64,000 nucleotides of DNA, taken from assembly GCA_963698695.1 (NCBI GenBank), contig CAVORT010000009.1, positions 98,741-162,740 on the forward strand, written 5' to 3'. Below, in pieces: positions 40,821 through 51,003 of this stretch (the first letter of the stretch is position 1; every line of letters starts with the position of its first letter). The DNA is from Sulfurovaceae bacterium (GTDB lineage Bacteria; Campylobacterota; Campylobacteria; Campylobacterales; Sulfurovaceae). A model generated the notes under the pieces. The model was not told the origin of the DNA, made no database searches, and saw only the letters and a list, made by a program, of their open reading frames with translations. Both the position numbers and the translations under genes were made by a program.

Positions 40821-41669
40821 TTATGACAATAGTTTTATAAATGTTTTATTTTCACTCAAACTATCAAATGAATTTTCATTTTTTAATTCATCTTGTAAAC
40901 TTGGTGCAATTTCAATAGCAAGTTTAATATCTGAAATTGCTTCATCTACATCTCCCAATTTGGCATTGGCACGTGCTCTTTGCCAATAGGACAAGGCATA
41001 GTTATCATCAAGTATGATGGCTTGATCACACAGAGATAATGCCCATCTTGTTTCATCTAGATCCAATAGGGTATGTGCTTTATGGGTCATAGCCTCCACA
41101 CATACTGGTGATACTTTCAAAATTTCATCATAAAGATTTAATTTTTCTTGTGTACTCTCTTCGACTTCTACTCTTCTCCAAAGTGCATTGACTTTTTCTG
41201 TCTGTTCAAGGTGCTCTTGTGTTTGTAAAATAAGTTCAAACCGTTGTTTTGCTTTTGACTCAATATTGACCAATCTTTCTTCAAAATCTTTAGAAAGTTT
41301 TAATATTTTAGTTTCTACCAATTGTTCACTGTTCTCTTTGAGCTCTTTAAGAGATTTAAGTCCAACAATAAGAAGTATAGAACTCGCAGCTGCAATAATA
41401 TAAAATATATTGTTGATCGTATCTGTTGCGTAAGTGATGGCTCTGTCACTTGCTGAAAGTTCACTTTTAGTGATCTGCTTTGTCACATCTTCTCTTAACT
41501 TTTGCTGGTTAGTTCTAAGCGCTTTTAGTTCATCAAAGACATAGCGTTCTATGAGTGGCTTTTCTAAAAGTGTATTGGTAGAACGATTTGTATCTTCCAA
41601 TGCATAAGAGACATTACAAAAAATAAGACTTATCAATAATAGTTTGGTTATAAAATGTATGCCAATCAT
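40821..41669 (-). CDS. Membrane-anchored coiled-coil/TPR protein
   Basis: Signal-like N-terminus, TM IFYIIAAASSILLIVGL, C-terminal TPR-like helices; ATG abuts the proA stop. Confidence 0.75.
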   Translation of the reverse strand: MIGIHFITKLLLISLIFCNVSYALEDTNRSTNTLLEKPLIERYVFDELKALRTNQQKLREDVTKQITKSELSASDRAITYATDTINNIFYIIAAASSILLIVGLKSLKELKENSEQLVETKILKLSKDFEERLVNIESKAKQRFELILQTQEHLEQTEKVNALWRRVEVEESTQEKLNLYDEILKVSPVCVEAMTHKAHTLLDLDETRWALSLCDQAIILDDNYALSYWQRARANAKLGDVDEAISDIKLAIEIAPSLQDELKNENSFDSLSENKTFIKLLS

Positions 41670-42908
41670 CTAAGCTCTCACTTGACCGCTGCCATATATT
41701 TTAAACTTGTACGTTGTAAGCCCTTCGATTCCCATAGGGCCTCGTGCATGAAGTTTATTTGTACTGATACCCACTTCTGCGCCAAAGCCAAATGAACCAC
41801 CATCGGTAAATCGTGTACTTGCATTCACATACACTGCTGCTGCATCAATAGCATTCAAAAAGTTCTCAGCCGTGGTAATGTTTTCAGTGATGATGGATTC
41901 AGAGTGTCCAGAGCTAAATCTAACAATATGTTCAATAGCGCCTTCGACGCCATCAACTACTTTTATATTTAAGATATTTGCCAAATACTCCGTATCAAAA
42001 TCCTCATCAGTAGCATTTTCTACCTCAATGATTTTTTGTGTATTTACACACCCTTTTAGTTCAGTATGTGCCTCATCAAATGCACTTTTGAGTTTAGGAA
42101 GCGCATCTTGTGCAATGGCACTATCGACAAGCAATGTTTCCATGGCATTACATACACCGGGACGTTGTACTTTTGCATTTAGTGCGATAGCAATGGCATT
42201 GTCAAGTTTTGCATCTTTATCTATGTAGGTATGACATTGACCTTTATCATGTTTAACGACACTGACGGTTGCATTCTCACTTACATGCTTGATAAGCCCA
42301 GCGCCACCTCTTGGAATGATCAGGTCAACATACTTATCCATCTTTATCAGCTTATCTACGCCTGCTCTTGAAGAGTCCGGGAATGAGTGACACTAAAGCT
42401 TTTGGCAAAGCATTTTTCTCCAGGACATCTTGTAATATCTTTGCAATGGCTTTGTTGGAATGTTCTGCCTCTTTACCGCCTTTTAAGATACAGACATTTG
42501 AACTTTTAAAACACAAAGCTGCTGTATCACTTGTAACATTTGGACGAGACTCATAGATAATACCGATGACTCCTATAGGAATGGATACTTTTTCTATCTT
42601 CAGTCCATCTTCTGTTACCCACCCGTCAAGTACTTTTCCCACAGGCTCTTTTAAGTGCAGCGATCTCCTCAATGGCAACTGCCATGGCATCTATTCTGCT
42701 TTCATCTAAAAAGAGTCTATCCATAAGCGCAGAAGAGAGGTTGTTTTTCTCTCCATCTTCCATATCTTTTTTATTTTGATTGACCAAGCTCTCACTGTTG
42801 GCTCTTAGAGCCTCAGCCATCTCTCTTAAAATTCTATTTTTTTCACGACCACTTAAAGTAGATAAGTATCCTGCTTGATTCTTTGGCCTCTTGTAAAAAT
42901 TTTTCCAT
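41670..42908 (-). CDS. proA: Gamma-glutamyl phosphate reductase (indels)
   Basis: PIGVIGIIYESRPNVT, LKGGKEA, IPRGG, VCNAMETLL, NASTRFTDG, KLHARGPMG. Confidence 0.95.
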
Positions 42909-42961
42909 TGTAATACTCCTAATTTATGCTTCTATGATCATTGATATATTTTTTAAATTGT

Positions 42962-43739
42962 TTATTTGACTTCTTTTAGTTTTTTACTAAAAAGTGTACC
43001 CTTGTTATGCTTTCCATGTATAAGAAATTCTCTTGCAGCGGATAGATCAAAACCACTACATAAAAACATCTCTCGGTCTTTACTCATAATATGCTCAGCT
43101 GCTTTGAGTTTAGTCACTATGCCTCCTGTTGCAAATTGAGAGTTTGGAGTATGTTGCTGCTCTAGTTCTTCTTGTTTTGATCTCAGTGACAATTTTTCTG
43201 ATTTTTGCATTTGGATTATCTTTAGGATTCGAATCATAATATCCATCAATATCACTCAATATCACAAGCAGATCAGCACCGGTATGATAGGTAATATGTG
43301 CAGATAGCTGGTCGTTGTCTCCAAAGAGTTGATCTGGCGTTGTTGAGATGTCATTTTCATTGACTATGGGTAAAATATCATTTCTCAATGTTCTTTCTAT
43401 AATATCTTGAAAGATCTGTGTATGTACTCTTGAATCAAAATCTTCTTCAGTCAAAAGTATCTGAGAAATAGGAACATCATAAATATCAAATTTATTTTTA
43501 TAAGAACTCATAAGGATAGGCTGTCCAACAGAAGCTAACACTTTTTTACTTGTAGGCACACTTCTGTTTAATTGAACTGCTGTATATCCTGCAGCGACTG
43601 CCCCAGATGACACAAGAATAACCTCATATTTTTTTCTAGCTTCAACGATCAAAGAGACTAGGTTCAACATCCTCTCTTTCGCAACACTTTTTGTATCTGT
43701 TAAGACGCTGCTTCCCACTTTTATCACTATTCTTTTCAT
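42962..43739 (-). CDS. proB: Glutamate 5-kinase, short form without PUA domain (indel near 43180)
   Basis: [38 protein letters not shown]. Confidence 0.93.
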
Positions 43740-44202
43740 TACTATAATTTCCTTTTGTCACTTTGTACTTTATTCTATTGAGATAATAAATAAATCTCTA
43801 TGCTCAGATATGGTTTAATTATCGACCCTGCGTATAAACTTAAAAAAATTTAATTTCTTCCCCCTCATTAGTTCTAAATCATTTTCATATCCTCATTTTG
43901 AGTATATTTAGTATACACAGTATGTAAAATATTTACATGTTGTTATAATAGTTATAACATATTAAACTTTAAATAAAATATATAGTATGTATTAATCATA
44001 AAATTTAATTATTTATAAGTATCATTTTTTGTATTTTATGAAAAAGTTATCTGCTATTGACATCAAAAATCTAGAATAGCGGTGTGTTGCATCTGTGATG
44101 TGTCATTAAAATAAGTATAAATACAACAATGATCATCAATTGATAGGTATAAAAATAATATTAGTGATACAATAGAGTTATCTCTATAGATAGGAAATAA
44201 TT

Positions 44203-44421
44203 ATGAAAATATTGAACATTAAACGAGTTTTAGTTGTTATAGCAGTAACAGGATTCATGGCAGGATGTGCCCAAATTGGACCAAAAACACAAAAGGGTGC
44301 CCTTATAGGTGCTGGTACAGGAGCAGTGGTTGGTGCTGTATCTGGCGGTTCAGTACTTAAATCAGCAGCTATTGGTACAGCGATAGGTGCAGGTGTAGGA
44401 TATTTCGAAGATACAAAATAG
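44203..44421 (+). CDS. Small glycine-zipper lipoprotein
   Basis: Lipobox MAGC; GALIGAGTGAVVGA..AAIGTAIGAGVG. Confidence 0.8.
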   Translation: MKILNIKRVLVVIAVTGFMAGCAQIGPKTQKGALIGAGTGAVVGAVSGGSVLKSAAIGTAIGAGVGYFEDTK

Positions 44422-44493
44422 ATACAACTTGTAGGTGAGGTGCTGGATTGGCATTAATGCTTTTGGCCACTTTAATTTTCATACAGTGCATTT

Positions 44494-45345
44494 TTAACAC
44501 AGACTTACCCACACGCCTACATCCATATCTGAATCAGCAGAACCAATGAACGAACCTGCAATAGGGGGTACAGATTCTGCCAGTCTGGATACGGCTACGG
44601 GTATATGGTCTGTTCCGACAATATCTCCAACAGTTGGGTCAAATCCTTTCCATCCTCCGCCAGGTATGTAGACTTCAGTCCATGCATGTGTAGAGCCGAC
44701 TTGTGCAGACATGAGTGGGGCATGAAGATAACCACTCACAAAACGGGAGGCCAAGCCTAAACACTTGACTGCTTCCATAAACAAGAGCGCAAAATCACGA
44801 CAAGACCCAGAGCCAAGAGAAAGTGTCTCTTTGGCAGTTTGTACTCCGGGTTCTTCTCGCACTGTGTACGAAAATGTATGATGGATGAAAGTGGCAAGTT
44901 TTTGTAAGAGTGTATAGGTCTGGATCACTTCACCTGTTCTCCATATATTAAAAATCCAATCATTCAAGAGTACGCGTGTTTCTTCATCGGGTAATACCAT
45001 ATAGGGTGAAAGTAAAAACCTATCAGAAGATTGGTATTGAAATGGGTAATATATAGCATAATCAGCTACCATAAAATCCAAAGGATTTTCATTGTACTGT
45101 TGGATGATCACTTCGCTTTCAATCAAGAGATTTTGTGTAGGTTGATCAAAATTGGCTATGGCAACTGAATTCTCTTCTACGTCACGATGCCAAAAGATTT
45201 TAGCCTCAGGTGTGCACTTTAAAACAAAAGACTCGATACGGAGTTCATGATTTTCTCTAGGACGCAAAAGTAAATGATGTGTCCCGAGTGTCACACGGTT
45301 GGAATAGTTATAGTAGGTACGATGAATAATTTTATAGCGTTTCAT
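44494..45345 (-). CDS. Transglutaminase-like protein
   Basis: GSCRDFA, ASRFVSGY, HAWTEVYIPGGGWKGFDPT (Cys-His-Asp triad). Confidence 0.92.
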   Translation of the reverse strand: MKRYKIIHRTYYNYSNRVTLGTHHLLLRPRENHELRIESFVLKCTPEAKIFWHRDVEENSVAIANFDQPTQNLLIESEVIIQQYNENPLDFMVADYAIYYPFQYQSSDRFLLSPYMVLPDEETRVLLNDWIFNIWRTGEVIQTYTLLQKLATFIHHTFSYTVREEPGVQTAKETLSLGSGSCRDFALLFMEAVKCLGLASRFVSGYLHAPLMSAQVGSTHAWTEVYIPGGGWKGFDPTVGDIVGTDHIPVAVSRLAESVPPIAGSFIGSADSDMDVGVWVSLC

Positions 45346-45687
45346 ATTTATCCTGACACAGATTGAAAATAGAGACATCTTCAGCATCACAGTCATACCC
45401 TATGGCAACATAAACGTCTTTTATTGTGGGCGCAATATATGTGTAAAGAGAGTAGGTACAGTATTGTTGAATGTTAAATCCCCTTATAATGCATATGTAA
45501 TGCAAACTATCTAAGTATAACGTAAATTACAGGGGGATATGATGTAACATAGCCATGAGAAACCCTTTTCTACCAACACACTGTCTGTTGTATTGTAATA
45601 AAATTTTGACTTTTTTAAAGTTATATGATATCATTAAATATAGTTTAGTCACTAAGTATAAAGGTTTACTAAATGTAAGGAGTCAAA

Positions 45688-46698
45688 ATGACCTATCATG
45701 AATCGATGGAATATTATAAAAAAGAAGAAGGCAAAGACAGAATTATCTGTTTATTGTGTCGGCATGCTTGTCAATTAAAAGAAGGGCAAGTGGGCATCTG
45801 TGGTGTGAACAAAAATGTTGATGGAGAGCTTAAAACACTCGTTTACGGTCACCCTGTAGCACTGAATGTAGATCCGGTTGAGAAAAAACCGTTGTATCAT
45901 TTTTTACCTGGTACAAAAGTGCTTTCTTTTGGAACAGTAGGATGTAATTTTAAATGTCCTTTTTGTCAAAACTGGGATATCTCTCAAGAAAAAACAGTGA
46001 ATGAAGAGATAAAAGTAAGTCCCGAACAGATGGTGGATCTGGCACTTAAAGAAGGTGCTAAGTCCATAGCTTATACCTACAATGAACCGACTATTTTCTA
46101 CCCTTATGCCAAAGACATAGGAGTCATTGCAAAAGAAAAGGGTCTTAAAAACATTTTTGTCTCTAATGGGTTTGAATCAGTAGAGATGATAGAAGACATG
46201 GCAACATGGGTAGATGCCGCCAATATAGACTTGAAAAGTTGGGATGATACCTACTATAAAAAAGTACTTAAAGGTGGGCTCGAAGAGGTGAAAGATACAC
46301 TCAGAAGAATGGTCAAAGCAGGTATATGGGTCGAGGTAACCACTTTGCTCATAGAAGGAGATAATGACAGTGATGATGCACTAAGAGAAATGGCGGCATT
46401 TATAGCCAATGATCTGGGTAAACATGTACCATGGCATTTGAGTGCATTTTTTCCTAACTATAAAATGCAAGATCACGATGCAACTAAAGTAGAGACACTT
46501 CAACGTGCGAAAGACATAGGAGAAGAAGCAGGACTTCAGTATATCTATCTGGGGAATGTTGCAGTCCATGGCAGAACACATTGTCCTAAATGTGACACGG
46601 TACTGATAGACCGTGCAGGCTATCATACAAGTATTAAGATGCTTGAAGAGGGACATTGTGGTGCCTGTGGACAAGAGATAGAAGGAGTATGGTCATGA
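45688..46698 (+). CDS. amrS: AmmeMemoRadiSam system radical SAM enzyme
   Basis: DPVEKKPLYHF, CNFKCPFCQNWDISQ, YTYNEP, C-terminal CPKC..CGAC. Confidence 0.93.
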   Translation: MTYHESMEYYKKEEGKDRIICLLCRHACQLKEGQVGICGVNKNVDGELKTLVYGHPVALNVDPVEKKPLYHFLPGTKVLSFGTVGCNFKCPFCQNWDISQEKTVNEEIKVSPEQMVDLALKEGAKSIAYTYNEPTIFYPYAKDIGVIAKEKGLKNIFVSNGFESVEMIEDMATWVDAANIDLKSWDDTYYKKVLKGGLEEVKDTLRRMVKAGIWVEVTTLLIEGDNDSDDALREMAAFIANDLGKHVPWHLSAFFPNYKMQDHDATKVETLQRAKDIGEEAGLQYIYLGNVAVHGRTHCPKCDTVLIDRAGYHTSIKMLEEGHCGACGQEIEGVWS

Positions 46699-47504
46699 GC
46701 ACAAGAGAGTCTGCAGTTTCTGGTCAGTTTTACCCCTCTGATGGTGATGACATTATATCTATGATAACAGCGTACAATGAGAAACTTGATGCGCACCTAA
46801 AAAACAATCCCTCTCTTCTTCAACTCAATCCTAGAGCAGTGATAGTTCCTCATGCAGGGTATGTGTACAGCGGATTTACAGCCAACATCGCACTAAGGCT
46901 CTTGGGCAACAGTGACATAAAACGTATTGTGGTCATAGGACCTAGCCACCGTGTCTATTTAAAGGGTACAAGCATCTCTGAGTATGATGACTATGCCACA
47001 CCTTTAGGAACGTTGTCTATGGATAGGGAACTCATCCATAGTCTAAAACAAAAGTTCTCTCTGCCTTTTATGCCTGAAGCGCATCATGAACATAGTACAG
47101 AAGTACAGATACCTTTCATCAAAGCCTATAAACCTGATGTCTCAGTGGTTGAATTGGTATATGGAGATGAAAACCCAGACAAATTGGCAGAGATTATCGG
47201 ATATTTACTAGATGAGCCAAGTACCGCTGTAGTCATCAGTACAGACTTAAGTCATTACTATGATATGGAAAAAGCAAATAGACTTGATAGCATTTGTTTG
47301 GATGCGGTGAAAACACTCAATGTAAGTCAGTTACACAAAGGTTGTGAAGCCTGTGGGAAAATAGGAGTAGAAGCGATGCTCCTCAGTGCAAGACATAGCG
47401 GTTTAAAACCTATTCTGTTGGATTATCGTACAAGTGCAGATGCAAGTGGTGATACGTCACAGGTAGTAGGCTATATGAGTGCTGCTTTTGTGGAGGAACT
47501 TTAA
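46695..47504 (+). CDS. amrB: AmmeMemoRadiSam system protein B (MEMO-like)
   Basis: GQFYP, PHAGYVYSG, GPSH, EHSTEVQIPF, STDLSHY. Confidence 0.93.
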   Translation: MSTRESAVSGQFYPSDGDDIISMITAYNEKLDAHLKNNPSLLQLNPRAVIVPHAGYVYSGFTANIALRLLGNSDIKRIVVIGPSHRVYLKGTSISEYDDYATPLGTLSMDRELIHSLKQKFSLPFMPEAHHEHSTEVQIPFIKAYKPDVSVVELVYGDENPDKLAEIIGYLLDEPSTAVVISTDLSHYYDMEKANRLDSICLDAVKTLNVSQLHKGCEACGKIGVEAMLLSARHSGLKPILLDYRTSADASGDTSQVVGYMSAAFVEEL

Positions 47505-47505
47505 A

Positions 47506-48066
47506 TTGGAACATAAAAAAGAGGCACTTTTAAGTCTAGCACGTGCGAGCATTGCTGAAGCACTCAGGATACCATATCCACTCGATCTCGAAGAGACATT
47601 AGCCAAAAACCCTTGGTTAGAAGAAGAGGGTGCTTGTTTTGTAACGCTCACAACAAGTGGTCATGACCTTAGAGGTTGCATAGGTACTATTTCTGCACAT
47701 CGTAAACTCTACGAGGACATCATCCATAATGCCAAGAGTGCAGCGATGCATGACCCAAGATTCACTTCTCTTACAGCTGATGAGTTTGAAGATATCAAAG
47801 TGGAGGTTTCACTCTTGACTGAACCTCATGTTTTACTTTATAACTCTGTAGAGTCTTTGAAATCAAAAATAGATGTAGGGGTAGATGGGGTCATTTTAAA
47901 GCAAGGCATGTATCAGGCTACATTTTTACCACAGGTATGGAAGCAGTTACCTACATTTGAACTCTTTTTCTCTCATCTTTGCCAAAAGGCAGGCATGGAA
48001 GCTAACTGCCTTGATGCAATGCCTGAGATCTTGATTTATCAAGTCGAGGAGTATGCAGAAGCGTAA
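47506..48066 (+). CDS. amrA: AmmeMemoRadiSam system protein A (AMMECR1-like)
   Basis: GACFVTL, LRGCIG, DPRF, ATFLPQVW, LCQKAG. Confidence 0.93.
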   Translation: MEHKKEALLSLARASIAEALRIPYPLDLEETLAKNPWLEEEGACFVTLTTSGHDLRGCIGTISAHRKLYEDIIHNAKSAAMHDPRFTSLTADEFEDIKVEVSLLTEPHVLLYNSVESLKSKIDVGVDGVILKQGMYQATFLPQVWKQLPTFELFFSHLCQKAGMEANCLDAMPEILIYQVEEYAEA

Positions 48067-48113
48067 AAGCATTCATTAATGATTTAGATGTAAAATAAAT
48101 CAAAGGAGTTTAC

Positions 48114-50528
48114 ATGACACAGTATATAAAATGGTTCAAAGAATTGAACATCAGTGATGTTGATTTAGTCGGTGGTAAAAATGCTTCCCTTGGTGAAATG
48201 TACCAAAATCTCACACACAAAGGTATACGAATACCTAATGGGTTTGCAGTCACTGTTGAGGCATACAAACATATACTCGATGAAAATGAGTCATGGTCAA
48301 AGTTAGAAGCTATACTTGATGCGCTTGACCCCAGTAATGTCAAGCAGTTACAGGAGAGTGGAAAAGCGTGTCGAGCCATCATGCATGCCTGTAAACTTCC
48401 AGAGGATCTCAGAGTACAAATAAAAAACGCCTATGAAGCATTAAAAGAAGAGTACGGTGAAGATGTCACCCTTGCAGTGAGAAGTTCTGCGACAGCAGAA
48501 GACTCTCCTGAAGCCTCTTTTGCTGGTCAAAATGAGACCTACCTGAACATCAAAGGATTAGATGCGCTGATGGATGCTTATGTAGAATGTCTAGCCTCCA
48601 ACTTTACAGACCGTTCGATCCACTACAAGTATGTACATGGATTTGATTATCTTAAAGTCCATTTGAGTGTCGTGATGATGAAAATGGTACGAAGTGACAA
48701 AGCACAGAGTGGAGTGATGTTTTCTATAGACCCAGAGACAGGGTTTAAAGAGGTTGTCTTTATCAATGCAGCACATGGATTGGGTGAGAATATTGTTCAA
48801 GGCAGTATCGCGCCAGACAGCTTTTATGTCCATAAGCCTACCTTAGAAAAAGGCTACAAATCTGTACTCAAACGAAAACTTGGAGATAAGGCTCTCACGA
48901 TGATCTTTTCAGACCCTGAAAAAGATGACAAAAGTACCACAGGGTTTACTAAAAATGTAGATACTCCTCAAGAACTAAGATCACAGTATTGTATCTCTGA
49001 TGAAGAGGTCGTACGTTTGGCTGAGTATGCTGTGAAAATAGAATCACATTACTCCAAAGAAGCTGGCTACAAAAAGCCTATGGATATAGAGTGGGCAAAA
49101 GATGGTTTGGATGGAGAACTATACATCGTTCAAGCTCGACCGGAGACTGTGGAGTCTAGAAAAGAAGCCAATACTTTAGAGATGTATACACTCAATAAGC
49201 GCAGCAAAGTACTGATAGAAGGTAATGCAGTAGGTACAAAGATCGGTGCAGGAAAAGTACGAAAGATAAAAGACATACACAAGTTAGATGAGTTTGAAGC
49301 GGGTGATGTTCTTGTAGCTGAGACAACCAGTCCGGACTGGGAACCGGTGATGAAGATAGCTTCTGCCATAGTCACTAACTCGGGTGGTAGAACCTGTCAT
49401 GCAGCTATAGTATCGAGGGAGCTTGGTATACCAGCCATAGTAGGTGCACCTAATGCTACAGAGATATTGAAAGAGGGAACAGAAGTAACGGTCAGCTGTT
49501 CAGAGGGTGAGACAGGCTTTGTCTATGAAGGATTACTTGATTTTGCAGTGACACAGACTGATTTAAGTCGTGTACCCACAACTAAAACAAAAGTGATGAT
49601 GAACCTTGGTAATCCTGAACTGGCTTTCTCTTTTGCATCTTTACCCGTAGAAGGTATAGGGTTAGCCAGAATGGAGTTCATCATCAACACAGCCATAAAA
49701 GCACATCCTATGGCACTCATCCACCCTGAAAAAACAGATAAAAAAACGCAGGAACGGTTAAAAGGTTTAACACAGGCCTATGAAACGAATGAAGCATTTT
49801 TTGTACAAACGCTCTCTGAAGGTGTAGCAAGCATCGCTGCATCTGTGTACCCTAAGCCTTGTGTGGTACGTATGAGTGATTTTAAAACCAATGAATATGC
49901 CTCGTTGTTAGGAGGTGAATTCTTTGAAGCAGAAGAAGCCAACCCTATGATAGGGTTTCGTGGGGCATCACGGTACACACACCCCTCTTATGAAGAAGGC
50001 TTCGCTTTAGAATGTGCCGCGATGAAGCGTGTCAGAGAAGAGATGGGGTTTGATAATGTCATATTGATGATACCATTTTGTCGTAGAGTAGAAGAGGGAC
50101 AACGTGTACTCGATGCTATGGAGAAGTACGGTCTTATACGTGGTGAAAATGGACTCAAAATATACGTCATGTGTGAGATACCTAATAATGTCATACTCAT
50201 AGATGAGTTTTGTGCACTTTTTGATGGCATAAGCATCGGTTCAAATGATCTCACTCAACTAACACTTGGTGTAGACCGAGACTCTGAAATAGTGGCTTTT
50301 GACTACGATGAGCGTGATCCAGGGGTCATGAAAATGATAGAGATGGCAGTAGAAGGCGCAAAGCGAAACCAACGTTATAGTGGTATCTGTGGGCAAGGGC
50401 CTTCAGATTATCCTGAGATGGCAGAGGCACTTGTAAACTTAGGGATTGAGTCGATGAGTCTGAACCCTGACTCTGTGTTAAAAACGATACAGAATATCAG
50501 TCATCTTGAATCTAAATTAGAGAAATAG
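48114..50528 (+). CDS. ppsA: Phosphoenolpyruvate synthase
   Basis: VGGKNASLGEM, AVRSSATAED, GGRTCHAAIVSRE, RMSDFKTNEY, GSNDLTQ, GICGQGPS. Confidence 0.97.
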   Translation: MTQYIKWFKELNISDVDLVGGKNASLGEMYQNLTHKGIRIPNGFAVTVEAYKHILDENESWSKLEAILDALDPSNVKQLQESGKACRAIMHACKLPEDLRVQIKNAYEALKEEYGEDVTLAVRSSATAEDSPEASFAGQNETYLNIKGLDALMDAYVECLASNFTDRSIHYKYVHGFDYLKVHLSVVMMKMVRSDKAQSGVMFSIDPETGFKEVVFINAAHGLGENIVQGSIAPDSFYVHKPTLEKGYKSVLKRKLGDKALTMIFSDPEKDDKSTTGFTKNVDTPQELRSQYCISDEEVVRLAEYAVKIESHYSKEAGYKKPMDIEWAKDGLDGELYIVQARPETVESRKEANTLEMYTLNKRSKVLIEGNAVGTKIGAGKVRKIKDIHKLDEFEAGDVLVAETTSPDWEPVMKIASAIVTNSGGRTCHAAIVSRELGIPAIVGAPNATEILKEGTEVTVSCSEGETGFVYEGLLDFAVTQTDLSRVPTTKTKVMMNLGNPELAFSFASLPVEGIGLARMEFIINTAIKAHPMALIHPEKTDKKTQERLKGLTQAYETNEAFFVQTLSEGVASIAASVYPKPCVVRMSDFKTNEYASLLGGEFFEAEEANPMIGFRGASRYTHPSYEEGFALECAAMKRVREEMGFDNVILMIPFCRRVEEGQRVLDAMEKYGLIRGENGLKIYVMCEIPNNVILIDEFCALFDGISIGSNDLTQLTLGVDRDSEIVAFDYDERDPGVMKMIEMAVEGAKRNQRYSGICGQGPSDYPEMAEALVNLGIESMSLNPDSVLKTIQNISHLESKLEK

Positions 50529-50535
50529 CTATGTG

Positions 50536-50688
50536 CTATTTCTTCTTACTTACCTTTTCACCCTTATCAACTTTTTCTTTTCTTTTATAATCTTTAACAT
50601 GTTTTTTAATTTCTTGCTTTAACTCTTTTTTGAGCATATTGTCCATTTGCTTTTTAATGTACTTTTTAATCTTCTTTTTTTCAATCAT
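50536..50688 (-). CDS. Small very basic protein (50 aa)
   Basis: MIEKKKIKKYIKKQMDNMLKKELKQEIKKHVKDYKRKEKVDKGEKVSKKK; AAGGA RBS; not in the ORF track. Confidence 0.5.
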   Translation of the reverse strand: MIEKKKIKKYIKKQMDNMLKKELKQEIKKHVKDYKRKEKVDKGEKVSKKK

Positions 50689-51003
50689 GTCTTTATCCTT
50701 TTAGATTTTATGATACGACTTATTAAGTAGTACCTTTTTATATGATAAGACAAACAAACTTTATATTGTATAAAGTCAGCTATTTAGCATCATAAATAAA
50801 TCACCTTTTAGGGTGATTAAAGCATCATCTATAGCTATTTAAATCTATATTTATATATGAAATATTTATAAATTAAATTAGGACTACTTATATCTTATTA
50901 ATGATGCTTTAAATTTGACTGAGTTATCATTTAGCACCGTAGAGATAATTAAAAATAAAATAAAATTTTTTAACATTTTTACAAAGCTGAATAAGGACAT
51001 TAA

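Noticed and set aside
45350-45540. Short start-less minus-strand frame and an 11/13 inverted repeat (45478-45538)
   Set aside because: No ATG, no recognisable motif, and the repeat is weak.
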